Made by a program: the position numbers and the translations under genes. From positions 40,773 to 104,772 of IMG/VR virus record IMGVR_UViG_2880505610_000001: a stretch of 64,000 nt of DNA, one strand, 5' to 3'. Each line of letters begins with the position of its first letter. The stretch's first letter is position 1. Positions 54,405 through 62,692 of the stretch are shown piece by piece. Under the pieces are notes generated by a model, which was not told the origin of the DNA, did not search any database, and saw nothing but the letters and a program-made list of their open reading frames with translations. The stretch is from a virus. Its lineage: Duplodnaviria > Caudoviricetes.

Positions 54405-55547
54405 TCAGGCCACCTGTTCTTCGTGCTCGGGGGATTCGTCAGCGAGGTGGCGTCCGTGGTCGGCGAGCATCTGCCGGACGGTGTCGGCGGTCTTCTTGCC
54501 AATCCGGTTCACCGCCAGCAGCTCGGCGCTGGTCAGTGACGCGACCTCGTCCAGGTCCGTGAGACCGGCCTGCCGGAGGGGGCCGAGGACGCGGCCGTAG
54601 CCTTCGCCGTCCAGGTCACTGAGCAGCGGCGCGGGGACAGTGCCGTCGGCGCGGAGTGGGCGGGCGACCTTGCCGGGCTTGGCGCCCACCTGGGATCGGC
54701 CCTCGATCAGTTCCACGGCGCGGCGGAACCTGTTCCACGCGTGCGCGTCATCCCTCGGGGCGATCGGGATCAGCCGGTAGCCGTCGGCGTGTTCGGGCCG
54801 TAGGTGCAGTACTGCGCCCGCGTCGGTGGGGGGCAACGGGACGACCTGACCCATCGGCATCAGCGCCTCCCGCATCCGCCGGTAAGCGGCGAGCTGCTCG
54901 GGGATGGTGGCGTCGAGGTAGCGGCCAGTTTTGGTGTCGACGCACAGCCGCAGCATCTGCTCCGGCGCCGCAACCAGGCGCCCGGCCGGAGAGAGTGCGA
55001 CACCGCGCAGCCCGAGGATCGTGTCGAGGGTTCCGGCGACCTTCAGGAGCCGGTTGAACACGGTCATCTCGGCGGCCTCGAACACCGGGTCGAAGTCCGC
55101 GACGAACTGGATGAATCCGGCGACCATGAAGTCGATGACGTCCTCGATCGGCTCACCGTCGTACAGGGCGCCGTGCAGTTGGTCCGGGAGCGTCGGGAGA
55201 GGGATGTCGCTGCCAGCGCGGTCGGGTGATGCGCCCCAGAGAATGAGGGCTTCTTGGACGTCGTGGACGTGCGTGCCAGCGTCGGCCTTGATGTTGCGGA
55301 GCCGCTTCGCCTGGCCCTTCACAAGGTCGACCGCCGCACTGCGGCCTTCCACCACCGCTACCTGCATGACGTGCGTGAGGTTGTCGACGGCGTACTCTGC
55401 GGCGACGCTCCCGTGCCACTCGCGCAGGTGCGGTTTGCCGTCCGTCCTGGACAGGACGGTGGTCACCGAAATCAGCGGTTCCCCGGTCACTGGGTGCGAG
55501 TAGTAGCGACTGCCGTCGGCTTGGGTAACGGAACGGCCCCTGCTCAT
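54405..55547 (-). CDS. PD-(D/E)xK (Cas4/RecB-like) exonuclease with C-terminal HhH
   Basis: SVTTVL, GTHVH, AGTLD, DTKTG, EQLAAY; LLAVNRIGKKT. Confidence 0.85.
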   Translation of the reverse strand: MSRGRSVTQADGSRYYSHPVTGEPLISVTTVLSRTDGKPHLREWHGSVAAEYAVDNLTHVMQVAVVEGRSAAVDLVKGQAKRLRNIKADAGTHVHDVQEALILWGASPDRAGSDIPLPTLPDQLHGALYDGEPIEDVIDFMVAGFIQFVADFDPVFEAAEMTVFNRLLKVAGTLDTILGLRGVALSPAGRLVAAPEQMLRLCVDTKTGRYLDATIPEQLAAYRRMREALMPMGQVVPLPPTDAGAVLHLRPEHADGYRLIPIAPRDDAHAWNRFRRAVELIEGRSQVGAKPGKVARPLRADGTVPAPLLSDLDGEGYGRVLGPLRQAGLTDLDEVASLTSAELLAVNRIGKKTADTVRQMLADHGRHLADESPEHEEQVA

Positions 55548-56293
55548 GCCGCGTCTTCCTCGTCGTACTCGCGCTCTGGCAAGGAGGCGACACCCTGAGA
55601 GGCGGGCATCGCCTCGGGGTCGGCGTCCGGGTGCTCCCGTGCCCCGTCGTCGACCTGCTCGGCCTCGTCCACGTCGTCGGTGAGGGGCGCGAACTCCTGG
55701 GTCGCCAGGCAGCCCAGCGCCTCACGCTCGAGCGGCTGCCGCTCACGCACCGGCTGGGGCTGGGGCTCCAGCTGCACCTCGGACTCGGCGGTGGGCTCGG
55801 GGGTGACGTCCGCCCACACCGTCACCTGGATGCCGTAGAACACGCAGCTCGTCCGGGCCAGCGTCCGGTCGCCGTCCTGCTCCTCCACGACGGCGGCGCG
55901 CATCCTCGCCGCGTACTCCTCGACAACCCCGCGGGCCGTGTCCGCAGCCAGGGCCGTGTCCGCAGCCAGGGCCGTGTCCGCAGCCAGGGCCGGGTCGACC
56001 TGGGCGCTCGCGGCGTGGGCGGTGTACTGCCAGTCGAGCCTTGGAAGCCGCACCCGGTGGGAGGGGTCGAGACGGTCGGGGTCGAACATCATCCCGACAA
56101 CCACCCGGGCGTCAGCGACCGGGACAGGCAGATCCAGCGCAGTCGTGGCGGCCGGGGCGGTGTCCGGGGTCATCAGCCGCGGCGCCGGCGGGCACTCCTC
56201 GCGGCGGGCGAAGCCAAGCTGATGCCACAGCGGCGTATGGGCCGCATGCCGGCCACCCCTCCGAGGGCGACGCGTACGGGACAGCAGAGCCAT
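55544..56293 (-). CDS. Hypothetical protein with an internal tandem repeat
   Basis: 249 aa, (LAADTA)x3, acidic tail. Confidence 0.7.
   Translation of the reverse strand: MALLSRTRRPRRGGRHAAHTPLWHQLGFARREECPPAPRLMTPDTAPAATTALDLPVPVADARVVVGMMFDPDRLDPSHRVRLPRLDWQYTAHAASAQVDPALAADTALAADTALAADTARGVVEEYAARMRAAVVEEQDGDRTLARTSCVFYGIQVTVWADVTPEPTAESEVQLEPQPQPVRERQPLEREALGCLATQEFAPLTDDVDEAEQVDDGAREHPDADPEAMPASQGVASLPEREYDEEDAA
55933..55992. repeat. Perfect in-frame 18-bp tandem repeat x3.3
   Basis: GGGCCGTGTCCGCAGCCA at 55933, 55951 and 55969. Confidence 0.95.
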
Positions 56294-56294
56294 G

Positions 56295-56585
56295 TCAGGC
56301 CACCTCCAGGTGGGACTCGGGGGCGGGGGCGCCGTTGGCGGCGGCGATCAGAGCGCGGGAGCTGGCGAGGTAGGCGGCCTCGGCCGGGCGCCGGCCGAAG
56401 CCGGTGCCCTCCAGGGCGTCCAGGTAGGCGGCGAACGCGGCGCAGGCCTGCGGGGTGGCGGTGAGCTCCTCGAGCCGCTCGGCGACCAGAGCGGGCCCGA
56501 GACCCGCCCCGGCAGCGGAACCCCTCGCAAGGCGCCCTGCCGGGGCGGGCTCGTTCACCCCCTCGGGGGCCGGGGTGAACGTCAC
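56295..56585 (-). CDS. Hypothetical protein
   Basis: GTGA coupling, Ala-rich. Confidence 0.55.
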   Translation of the reverse strand: MTFTPAPEGVNEPAPAGRLARGSAAGAGLGPALVAERLEELTATPQACAAFAAYLDALEGTGFGRRPAEAAYLASSRALIAAANGAPAPESHLEVA

Positions 56586-56773
56586 GCGGCCCACCGGGAC
56601 CACTCGCTGTCCAGCGGGGGCGTGGAAGGGTCCCCGCCCTCCCACAGGTCGCTGTCCATCCGGGCCCGGCGGGACGCCCACGCCAGGTAGGTGAGCAGCA
56701 TCAGCGGGAAGCAGACGACGGCGATCACCGGGTACGCCCACATCGGAAGGTTGGTCATCAGGTACTCCTTCAC
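56582..56773 (-). CDS. Small single-TM protein
   Basis: WAYPVIAVVCFPLMLLTYLAW. Confidence 0.65.
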   Translation of the reverse strand: MKEYLMTNLPMWAYPVIAVVCFPLMLLTYLAWASRRARMDSDLWEGGDPSTPPLDSEWSRWAA

Positions 56774-57036
56774 CGGGCACCCCTGGTCTGCTCGGATTCG
56801 CGCGGGGTGTAAGTGACGGGGTAGTCGTCGACCACCCTGCGGATCGCGCTGGCGCCCGCACTCGCGTCCCCGTTCTCCAGGACGCTCTCCAGGACTCCGC
56901 GTATGAATGCCGCGCGGATGTGCAGCAGGTCGGCGCTGCGGTGGCGGTCGTCCCAGTTGGCGGCCTGCGGCACGTCCAGCGCCACCAGCACCGCGGCGCT
57001 GAGGGCGCGGGCGTCGTCGCTCAGCAGGGCGGTCAC
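56770..57036 (-). CDS. Hypothetical protein
   Basis: MTALLSDDARAL..VLVALDVP...YPVTY. Confidence 0.65.
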   Translation of the reverse strand: MTALLSDDARALSAAVLVALDVPQAANWDDRHRSADLLHIRAAFIRGVLESVLENGDASAGASAIRRVVDDYPVTYTPRESEQTRGAR

Positions 57037-57437
57037 CGGTCCGCCTCCAGCGCCACGCGAGCGTCCTCGGCGCTCAGCACCACCCAGTCCCCCGCTGGCA
57101 GCGGAAGCAGCTTCACCCGCGCCGCCAACTGGGCGCCGACGTCGAGTCGGCGGCGGGTCTGGGTCAGCACCGACTGGGCGTCGAACCGGTCCCGGCACGG
57201 CTCGGTCACGTGCCGGCCAGCCGTCCGGGAGAAGTAGAAGACGCCGAACTCGGTGGTCGTCTCGAGGGAGTTGAACAGGGTCACCATCTGCTCGAGAGCG
57301 CGGGTCAGGTCACCGAGAACATAGGCCAGGTGGGATGGAGCAACGGTGTGGTCGCGGAGCTTGGCGACCTCAGCCAGAGCCCTACGGGCCAGCGTGAGCG
57401 GCGCCGGTTCGGCAGGCTTGGTCAGCGTGACAGTCAC
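57033..57437 (-). CDS. Hypothetical protein
   Basis: Coupled 134-aa ORF. Confidence 0.65.
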   Translation of the reverse strand: MTVTLTKPAEPAPLTLARRALAEVAKLRDHTVAPSHLAYVLGDLTRALEQMVTLFNSLETTTEFGVFYFSRTAGRHVTEPCRDRFDAQSVLTQTRRRLDVGAQLAARVKLLPLPAGDWVVLSAEDARVALEADR

Positions 57438-58567
57438 CGCGGCACCTCCCCGCCGTCCACGGCGCCCAGGTCGAACTTCCCGTCAGCGCAGTCCCGGCAG
57501 TACTGGGCCTGCGCCTCGGAGGGGCGGGGGCTCGGGTCGACGTACAGATCGGTGGTCTCCGTGCCGCAGCCGGTGCACTCGTCGGAGTCCTTGCCGTCCT
57601 CCAGGGCGCGGGGCTGCTCGTCGGCGCGGTCCAGCTCGGCCTGAAGCCGGTCGCGGGCTGCCTTGGCGGTGAGGGCCTCGTTCTGCATCCGGCCGAGCGC
57701 GAGCTGGTATTCGACGATGGTCTTGCCGCGGTCCTCCAGGTCCTTGCCGAGTGCGACGGTCTGCGCGCGCAGCTCGGTGATCGTGGTCCACGCCTCGTCG
57801 CGCTGGGCCTCGGCCTTCTGGGCACGGGCGACCAGGGCGCGGATCTGCTTGTCGGCGTCCTCTTCGGCGGCGGCGTGCCGGGCGTCGTCGGCGTCGGCCG
57901 CCTTGGCGACGGCGCCACGCTGGGCGCGGGCCTCGTCCCGCTCCCGCTCGGCGCGCGTGAGCTTGAGCGTCAGGAGGCCGATCTGGTCCTCCTGTACGGC
58001 GATGCGGCCGTTCGCGGCGCGCAGGTCCTCGGAGGCTTCGAGGGCGGCGGCACGGAGCCGGTCGAGGGCGGCCTGGGCCTCGTCCCGCTGGGTGCGGACT
58101 TCGGCCATCTCGGCGCGGAGCTTGGTCACCTGCTCGGCGAGTTCGGCGATCGAGCCCTGCCCGTTCCACAGGGCCTCGCCGAGGTGCGCCTCCCAGTGCA
58201 TGTCCTTGACGCGCAGGTCCCGGAGCCGCTTCACCTCGGCCAGCAGTTCGGTGACGTCCCGGGCGAACGTGCGGTGCAGGTCGTCGAAGCATCCGTAGAT
58301 GTTGTCGAGCAGCGCCACATGCTCCCGGATCTTGGCGAGCCGCTCGTCGCTCATGCCCCCGGTCGCGGGCGGCTCCGTCTCGATGGTCCGCGCCGAGACG
58401 ATCTCCGCGTGCGGCACACGGTCCTCCGCTCCCATCGCCTGCTGGAGGGTGATGCCGTCCTCGCCGACGACGGCCAGGACGCCGGTGACGGTGCGGCCGT
58501 CTGGCCGGGTGACGGTGAGGAGGCTGCCGAGGTACCGGCTGCTGGGAGGCAGGGAGATCTCAGCCAT
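57434..58567 (-). CDS. Coiled-coil protein with Sm-like N-terminus and C-terminal Zn ribbon
   Basis: VTRPDGRTVTGVL; long heptads; CTGC...CRDC. Confidence 0.7.
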   Translation of the reverse strand: MAEISLPPSSRYLGSLLTVTRPDGRTVTGVLAVVGEDGITLQQAMGAEDRVPHAEIVSARTIETEPPATGGMSDERLAKIREHVALLDNIYGCFDDLHRTFARDVTELLAEVKRLRDLRVKDMHWEAHLGEALWNGQGSIAELAEQVTKLRAEMAEVRTQRDEAQAALDRLRAAALEASEDLRAANGRIAVQEDQIGLLTLKLTRAERERDEARAQRGAVAKAADADDARHAAAEEDADKQIRALVARAQKAEAQRDEAWTTITELRAQTVALGKDLEDRGKTIVEYQLALGRMQNEALTAKAARDRLQAELDRADEQPRALEDGKDSDECTGCGTETTDLYVDPSPRPSEAQAQYCRDCADGKFDLGAVDGGEVPR

Positions 58568-58973
58568 CGGTCCGGTCTCCGTTCTGGTCGCCGGGCCAGG
58601 CCACGGGCAGGCCGAGCTGCTGAGCGAGCTGCCGCCGTCCCTCGGCGTGCCCCTGCCACCGGTCGTAGTCGTGGGCGTTGTCGGGATGGCAGTTGACGAT
58701 CGCGGTGACGAACTGCGCCCGGTCGGCGACGAACGCCTCGACGATCGCCATACGCTCGCGGAGCCGCTTCACCTCCTCCAGCAGCGCAGGTACGTCGGCG
58801 CCGATCAGTTCCGCTAGGGCCTCAAGGTCATCGCGCCCCTGCAAGGTGACTTCGGTGATTCGCCCGTTCCGCCCGCTGCCTTCCTTGGGTGGGGCAGCGA
58901 AGGTCAGGAAGTCCACCTGCTTGATGTGCTTCCGGATCTCGGCGATCTGCTCGTCGCTCATCGGCTCAGCCAT
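58560..58973 (-). CDS. Hypothetical protein
   Basis: MSDEQIAEIR...DVPALLEEVKRLR. Confidence 0.7.
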   Translation of the reverse strand: MAEPMSDEQIAEIRKHIKQVDFLTFAAPPKEGSGRNGRITEVTLQGRDDLEALAELIGADVPALLEEVKRLRERMAIVEAFVADRAQFVTAIVNCHPDNAHDYDRWQGHAEGRRQLAQQLGLPVAWPGDQNGDRTDG

Positions 58974-59583
58974 GGCCGACCACCTCCCGTTCGGTGGTGG
59001 CCAGGACGCGGAGCGCGGCGTCGTACTGCTCGATGCCCCAGCGGATCGCGTGGCAGGCCCACAGGAACTGCCAGGTGAAGTCGCGGAAATCCCACTCGAA
59101 GGTGTCGGTGAAGCGGAAGCCTTCGTACTCGAAGTACTCCAGCTCGTCCCGGGCGCCGCCCTCCCAGGTGATGTCGCCCTGCTCGAACATGTGCCGGATC
59201 GCGCGGCTGATGCCCTTGGGCGCTTCGCGGTCACGGATCGCCTGGGCGACGTGCTCGGTGACCTGCTGCTTGAACAGGTCGATGTCGTATGCCGTGACGC
59301 TGTCGCGGCCGGCGGGCGTCTTCTCTGCCCAGTAGTTGGGGTTGATGCCGGGGTGGCGGAAGAACTGGAACATGTCCTCAACCCGGCTGAACATGAACCC
59401 GCCCATGTCGCCTCGGAAGGCGAGCGTCCAAGGCCAGGTGATCAGGTCGAACCAGGAGAAGCCGTGGCCGGGGGCCTTGAACCGCAGGTGCCGGTACAGG
59501 CCGTCGTCGTGCAGCACGGTCATCTCGTGGTCGGCGACGTCGGGCAGGAAGCGGTGGACGTCGTAGTCCGGGTATTCAGCCAT
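58966..59583 (-). CDS. Conserved phage hypothetical protein
   Basis: HEMTVLHDDGLYRHLRF...FDLITWP...DMFQFFR...YWAEK...FLWACHAI.WGI. Confidence 0.8.
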   Translation of the reverse strand: MAEYPDYDVHRFLPDVADHEMTVLHDDGLYRHLRFKAPGHGFSWFDLITWPWTLAFRGDMGGFMFSRVEDMFQFFRHPGINPNYWAEKTPAGRDSVTAYDIDLFKQQVTEHVAQAIRDREAPKGISRAIRHMFEQGDITWEGGARDELEYFEYEGFRFTDTFEWDFRDFTWQFLWACHAIRWGIEQYDAALRVLATTEREVVGHG

Positions 59584-59902
59584 CGGTCCGGCCTCCGCCC
59601 TTCTCATCGGCGTGCAGGTTCAGGCAGTAGGCGTCGAAGTACTTCGCCCAATCGCGGAACCGCGACAGGCGGCGCTGACCGGTCCCGCCGGTCTCGTCCA
59701 CGACCGCGAGCAGGATGCGGCGGGGCTCGACGGGGAGGAACCCGTCCGGGAGCGCGGAGATCAGCAACTCCTCGTTGATGACGTAGGTGTCGCGGGCGGT
59801 CCCGGGGCTCGGCGTGGCGTAGTCACTGAAGCTTCCGGGGATCTCGGTCTGGGCGCGGTTGGTGTGGACGCCGTAGTGCCGGTGCGCGAGGGTGATCTTC
59901 AC
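59576..59902 (-). CDS. Hypothetical protein
   Basis: GTGA coupling. Confidence 0.6.
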   Translation of the reverse strand: MKITLAHRHYGVHTNRAQTEIPGSFSDYATPSPGTARDTYVINEELLISALPDGFLPVEPRRILLAVVDETGGTGQRRLSRFRDWAKYFDAYCLNLHADEKGGGRTDG

Positions 59903-60165
59903 TGCTGGTCTCCGTCCTGGTCGTCCTCGCCGCTCCAGCTCGTGGCGACGCAGTCCGGGCAGTAGTCGCCGTGCGCGTCGCACTGCCAGCCCTCGTTCCG
60001 CAGGTGCTTGCGGGCCACCTCGAACCGCTCTGCCTTGGTGGAGGTCTCGACGACCAGGTAGTCGCGCGCATCGGTGCGCCCGCAGTCGTCGCAGTACACG
60101 GCGACCTGCACAGGCATCGCGCCGGAGTTCGGGTCGCGGATTGCCGCCGCGATCTGCTCAGCCAC
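59899..60165 (-). CDS. Zn-finger hypothetical protein
   Basis: CDDC...GW...DYCPDC. Confidence 0.7.
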   Translation of the reverse strand: MAEQIAAAIRDPNSGAMPVQVAVYCDDCGRTDARDYLVVETSTKAERFEVARKHLRNEGWQCDAHGDYCPDCVATSWSGEDDQDGDQQ

Positions 60166-60415
60166 GGCCTTCTCCCTCCACGATCGCGGCGGCGAGGGTC
60201 ATGGCCCCGGACACGTCGATGCAGGGCCACTCGCCGCCGCACACGCACTCGTCGGCCTCGGGGTGGTCGTGCGCCGGGTGGTGGCAGTCGCGGATGCCCT
60301 CCAGCAGCGCCACCGTCGCCGCGACCTCGGTGGTGTAGGGGCGGCGGCGTTCCAGGGCGCGGATGCCCGCGTTGATGTCGAGCGCCTGCGGGTAGCCGAT
60401 CGTGCGGTCAGCCAT
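60158..60415 (-). CDS. Hypothetical protein
   Basis: H.P...CVCGGEWPC. Confidence 0.65.
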   Translation of the reverse strand: MADRTIGYPQALDINAGIRALERRRPYTTEVAATVALLEGIRDCHHPAHDHPEADECVCGGEWPCIDVSGAMTLAAAIVEGEGRG

Positions 60416-60620
60416 CAGTGGGGCCTCCGTCCTGGTCGGTGCGGGTCTGCTGGGCGAGGTCGGTCAGGGCGCTCATGCCGTCCGGGCCCTGCGGCCTCGG
60501 TGCGGTGCGAGCGGGCCCCTGCGCCAGGCCCTGATCCGGGCCAGGAAAGGGCGCGGCCCCGGCGGGCGGGACGGGCGGGTCCTGGGAGGTGACCGTGGTG
60601 GCGGCGGACTCGGGGGTCAT
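60408..60620 (-). CDS. Low-complexity hypothetical protein
   Basis: ATGA-coupled, Pro-rich. Confidence 0.35.
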   Translation of the reverse strand: MTPESAATTVTSQDPPVPPAGAAPFPGPDQGLAQGPARTAPRPQGPDGMSALTDLAQQTRTDQDGGPTDG

Positions 60621-60754
60621 GACGCGCACCTCGGGCACGCCTCATTCGCGGCGAAGACATTGCCGTGGGTGGTGCAGACCCGCACCGTCCCCAGCTCGAT
60701 GTCGTTCGCCTTCACCACCAGAGCGGCGGCGAGCTTGGCGATACGCTGTCTCAT
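60617..60754 (-). CDS. Small Zn-ribbon protein, 45 aa
   Basis: Manual translation MRQRIAKLAAALVVKANDIELGTVRVCTTHGNVFAANEACPRCAS; GAGGAAGGAAG RBS. Confidence 0.6.
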   Translation of the reverse strand: MRQRIAKLAAALVVKANDIELGTVRVCTTHGNVFAANEACPRCAS

Positions 60755-60843
60755 GTCGTTCCGACTTCCTTCCTCTGCTTGTTCTGGAGTTGTCGGGGCG
60801 GCAAGGGCTCGGACCGGGGCGCTATCCCGGCCGGGCCCGCCCT

Positions 60844-61053
60844 TTAGGCAGCGGGCTTCTGCTCCTGCTCGGCGCGCATCTCGCGGATGCCTTCGCCGAT
60901 CGGAGCCAGCAGCGGCTTCAGGCGCAGCCAGGTATCGCTGCCCTGCTCGATCACGGGTGCCTCAGCAGCGGCGCGTTCAGCGGCCTCCCACATGCGGACC
61001 TCGGAGTCCGGCATGCCGGGCCGCCACCAGGCCGGCTTGGCGTCGGCGGTCAC
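60844..61053 (-). CDS. Hypothetical protein
   Basis: GTGA-coupled to the Cro-like gene. Confidence 0.65.
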   Translation of the reverse strand: MTADAKPAWWRPGMPDSEVRMWEAAERAAAEAPVIEQGSDTWLRLKPLLAPIGEGIREMRAEQEQKPAA

Positions 61054-61322
61054 GCCGACCGCCGCAGAGTGGCGTCCTCAACGCTGACGAACAGGTTCTT
61101 GACCTCGTCGGGGAACGCGAAGATCAGAGCACCGATGAAGTACTGGCCTGGCGCCTGGCCGCACTCAAGGACCCGGCTGATAGTCGCCTGGGAAACACCA
61201 AGCGCCAGTGCCTGCTCCTGCTGGGTTCCCCATCCCTCGGACGCCACGAGCTCGCGGTAGCGGTCTCGGTTGAGGTCAACGATGCGGCGGACTGCTGGCC
61301 GAGGCGGCTGATATTCAGTCAC
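61050..61322 (-). CDS. Cro-like HTH regulator
   Basis: QQEQALALGVSQATISRVLECGQAPGQYFIGAL; divergent from the repressor. Confidence 0.8.
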   Translation of the reverse strand: MTEYQPPRPAVRRIVDLNRDRYRELVASEGWGTQQEQALALGVSQATISRVLECGQAPGQYFIGALIFAFPDEVKNLFVSVEDATLRRSA

Positions 61323-61371
61323 GCATACGAAGGTACTCACATGCGCATATGATCGCAAGTGCCTTGGTCAC

Positions 61372-61505
61372 ATTCACCCATGAATCTGTGTGGCGGTCTC
61401 GCAGGTCACCACCCGCGGTCGCTCAGACGTTCGACACCACGAAGAGCTCACACGCCGACTACCAGTACGTATACGCGAAGAAACCGCTTCCATTCACGCG
61501 TGACT
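61372..61505. promoter_or_regulatory. Candidate immunity operators in the cro/cI intergenic region
   Basis: Imperfect palindromes ATTCACCCATGAAT (61372-61385) and ATTCACGCGTGACT (61492-61505). Confidence 0.55.
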
Positions 61506-61521
61506 GTTAAACTCCGCAGCC

Positions 61522-62052
61522 ATGAGCAGCGAGACTGCCCTCTCGCGGTGGCTCCAGAAGGAGATGCCACGCCAGGGCTACCCCCTCGTCGGCCACAAAG
61601 CCGGAGGCATCACCCGCCTTGCCGAGGCCGCCGGCATCCCCCAGGCCAGCATGAGTCGTCTCGTCAACGGCCGCGTTGAACCGTCGATCGACAACCTCCG
61701 CAAGATCGGCCGGGTCCTCGGCTACCAACTGTCCGACATGCTCGTGCACGCCGGCCTGGCCACCCGAGAAGAAGTCACCTCCACCGGCACCCCCGACCCG
61801 AATCCCGACATCCCCTCAGAGATCAGCGTCGAAGACCTCCCCGAGGGCGAGCGGCAGATCTGGGAGGTCCGCGGTCTCACGCGGGAGGAGCGGGCACTAG
61901 CGGCCCACATGGTCCGCATCGTCCGCAGCTACCGAAACGGCACCGAGCCCCCGCCCGGCATCGATGAGAGCATCGACGCGCTCACGGGGGTGCTCGGCGA
62001 GATGATGAAGCGGAACGTGACCAGGCCGTCGAGACTCCGGCGCGTCGAGTAG
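61522..62052 (+). CDS. Immunity repressor (XRE HTH, no S24 peptidase domain)
   Basis: RLAEAAGIPQASMSRLVNGRVEPSIDNLRKIGRVLG...MLVHAG. Confidence 0.88.
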   Translation: MSSETALSRWLQKEMPRQGYPLVGHKAGGITRLAEAAGIPQASMSRLVNGRVEPSIDNLRKIGRVLGYQLSDMLVHAGLATREEVTSTGTPDPNPDIPSEISVEDLPEGERQIWEVRGLTREERALAAHMVRIVRSYRNGTEPPPGIDESIDALTGVLGEMMKRNVTRPSRLRRVE

Positions 62053-62228
62053 TTTCCGTCGGACTGCTTGCCGAGGTGGTGATTTACCACATATCCGCAT
62101 GTAACGGATGAATAACGACAGGCGGATACGGTCACCAACAACCGCCCATAAGGCGTCTCATAGACACGAGGGCGTTGGCACACCCACAACAAGATCAAAT
62201 AGCGATCAACGTGTGAGGTAGTGCCTGC

Positions 62229-62633
62229 ATGTCCATCAACGGCGATGACTACGGCGCCCACCCCGACGACCCGCTCGACCGGCTCGCCCGCGCAGCCGTC
62301 GCCTCATACGTCCCACCCCAGGTCACCGAAGCCCTCCAGTCCCGGGCCTCGCACATCTCCCACCCGGCGACTGTCAGCGGCCGTACCGTCCACCTGGTCG
62401 TCTGCCCGGGGCAAGCACCCGTCACGCCCGCCCAGGCCGTCGACGTCTGGATGGAGATCCGTGCCGTCGCCGATGCCCTGGGCGCAGACCTCGACCAGCA
62501 GCCGGTCATCAACGTGGACCTGACAAACCGCGCCGGCCGTCGCGTCCGCGTGGCCGACTCCAGCGACGCGCCCCAAGAACAGCGGCGCAAGCACGCGAAC
62601 CGCCGGGCACGCGGCGTCTCTCCCCACCAGTAA
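62229..62633 (+). CDS. Hypothetical protein in the immunity cassette
   Basis: GAGGT RBS; between repressor and integrase. Confidence 0.65.
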   Translation: MSINGDDYGAHPDDPLDRLARAAVASYVPPQVTEALQSRASHISHPATVSGRTVHLVVCPGQAPVTPAQAVDVWMEIRAVADALGADLDQQPVINVDLTNRAGRRVRVADSSDAPQEQRRKHANRRARGVSPHQ

Positions 62634-62692
62634 ACGACACACGGTCCGCCCCTATCGGTGCCGCGGACTGGAACCGGCGGACCGCTGCCGTA

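Noticed and set aside
54405-55992. Cas4-like nuclease near a direct repeat as a CRISPR remnant
   Set aside because: The repeat is a spacerless tandem in coding sequence, no other cas genes are present, and the nuclease is the usual phage exonuclease
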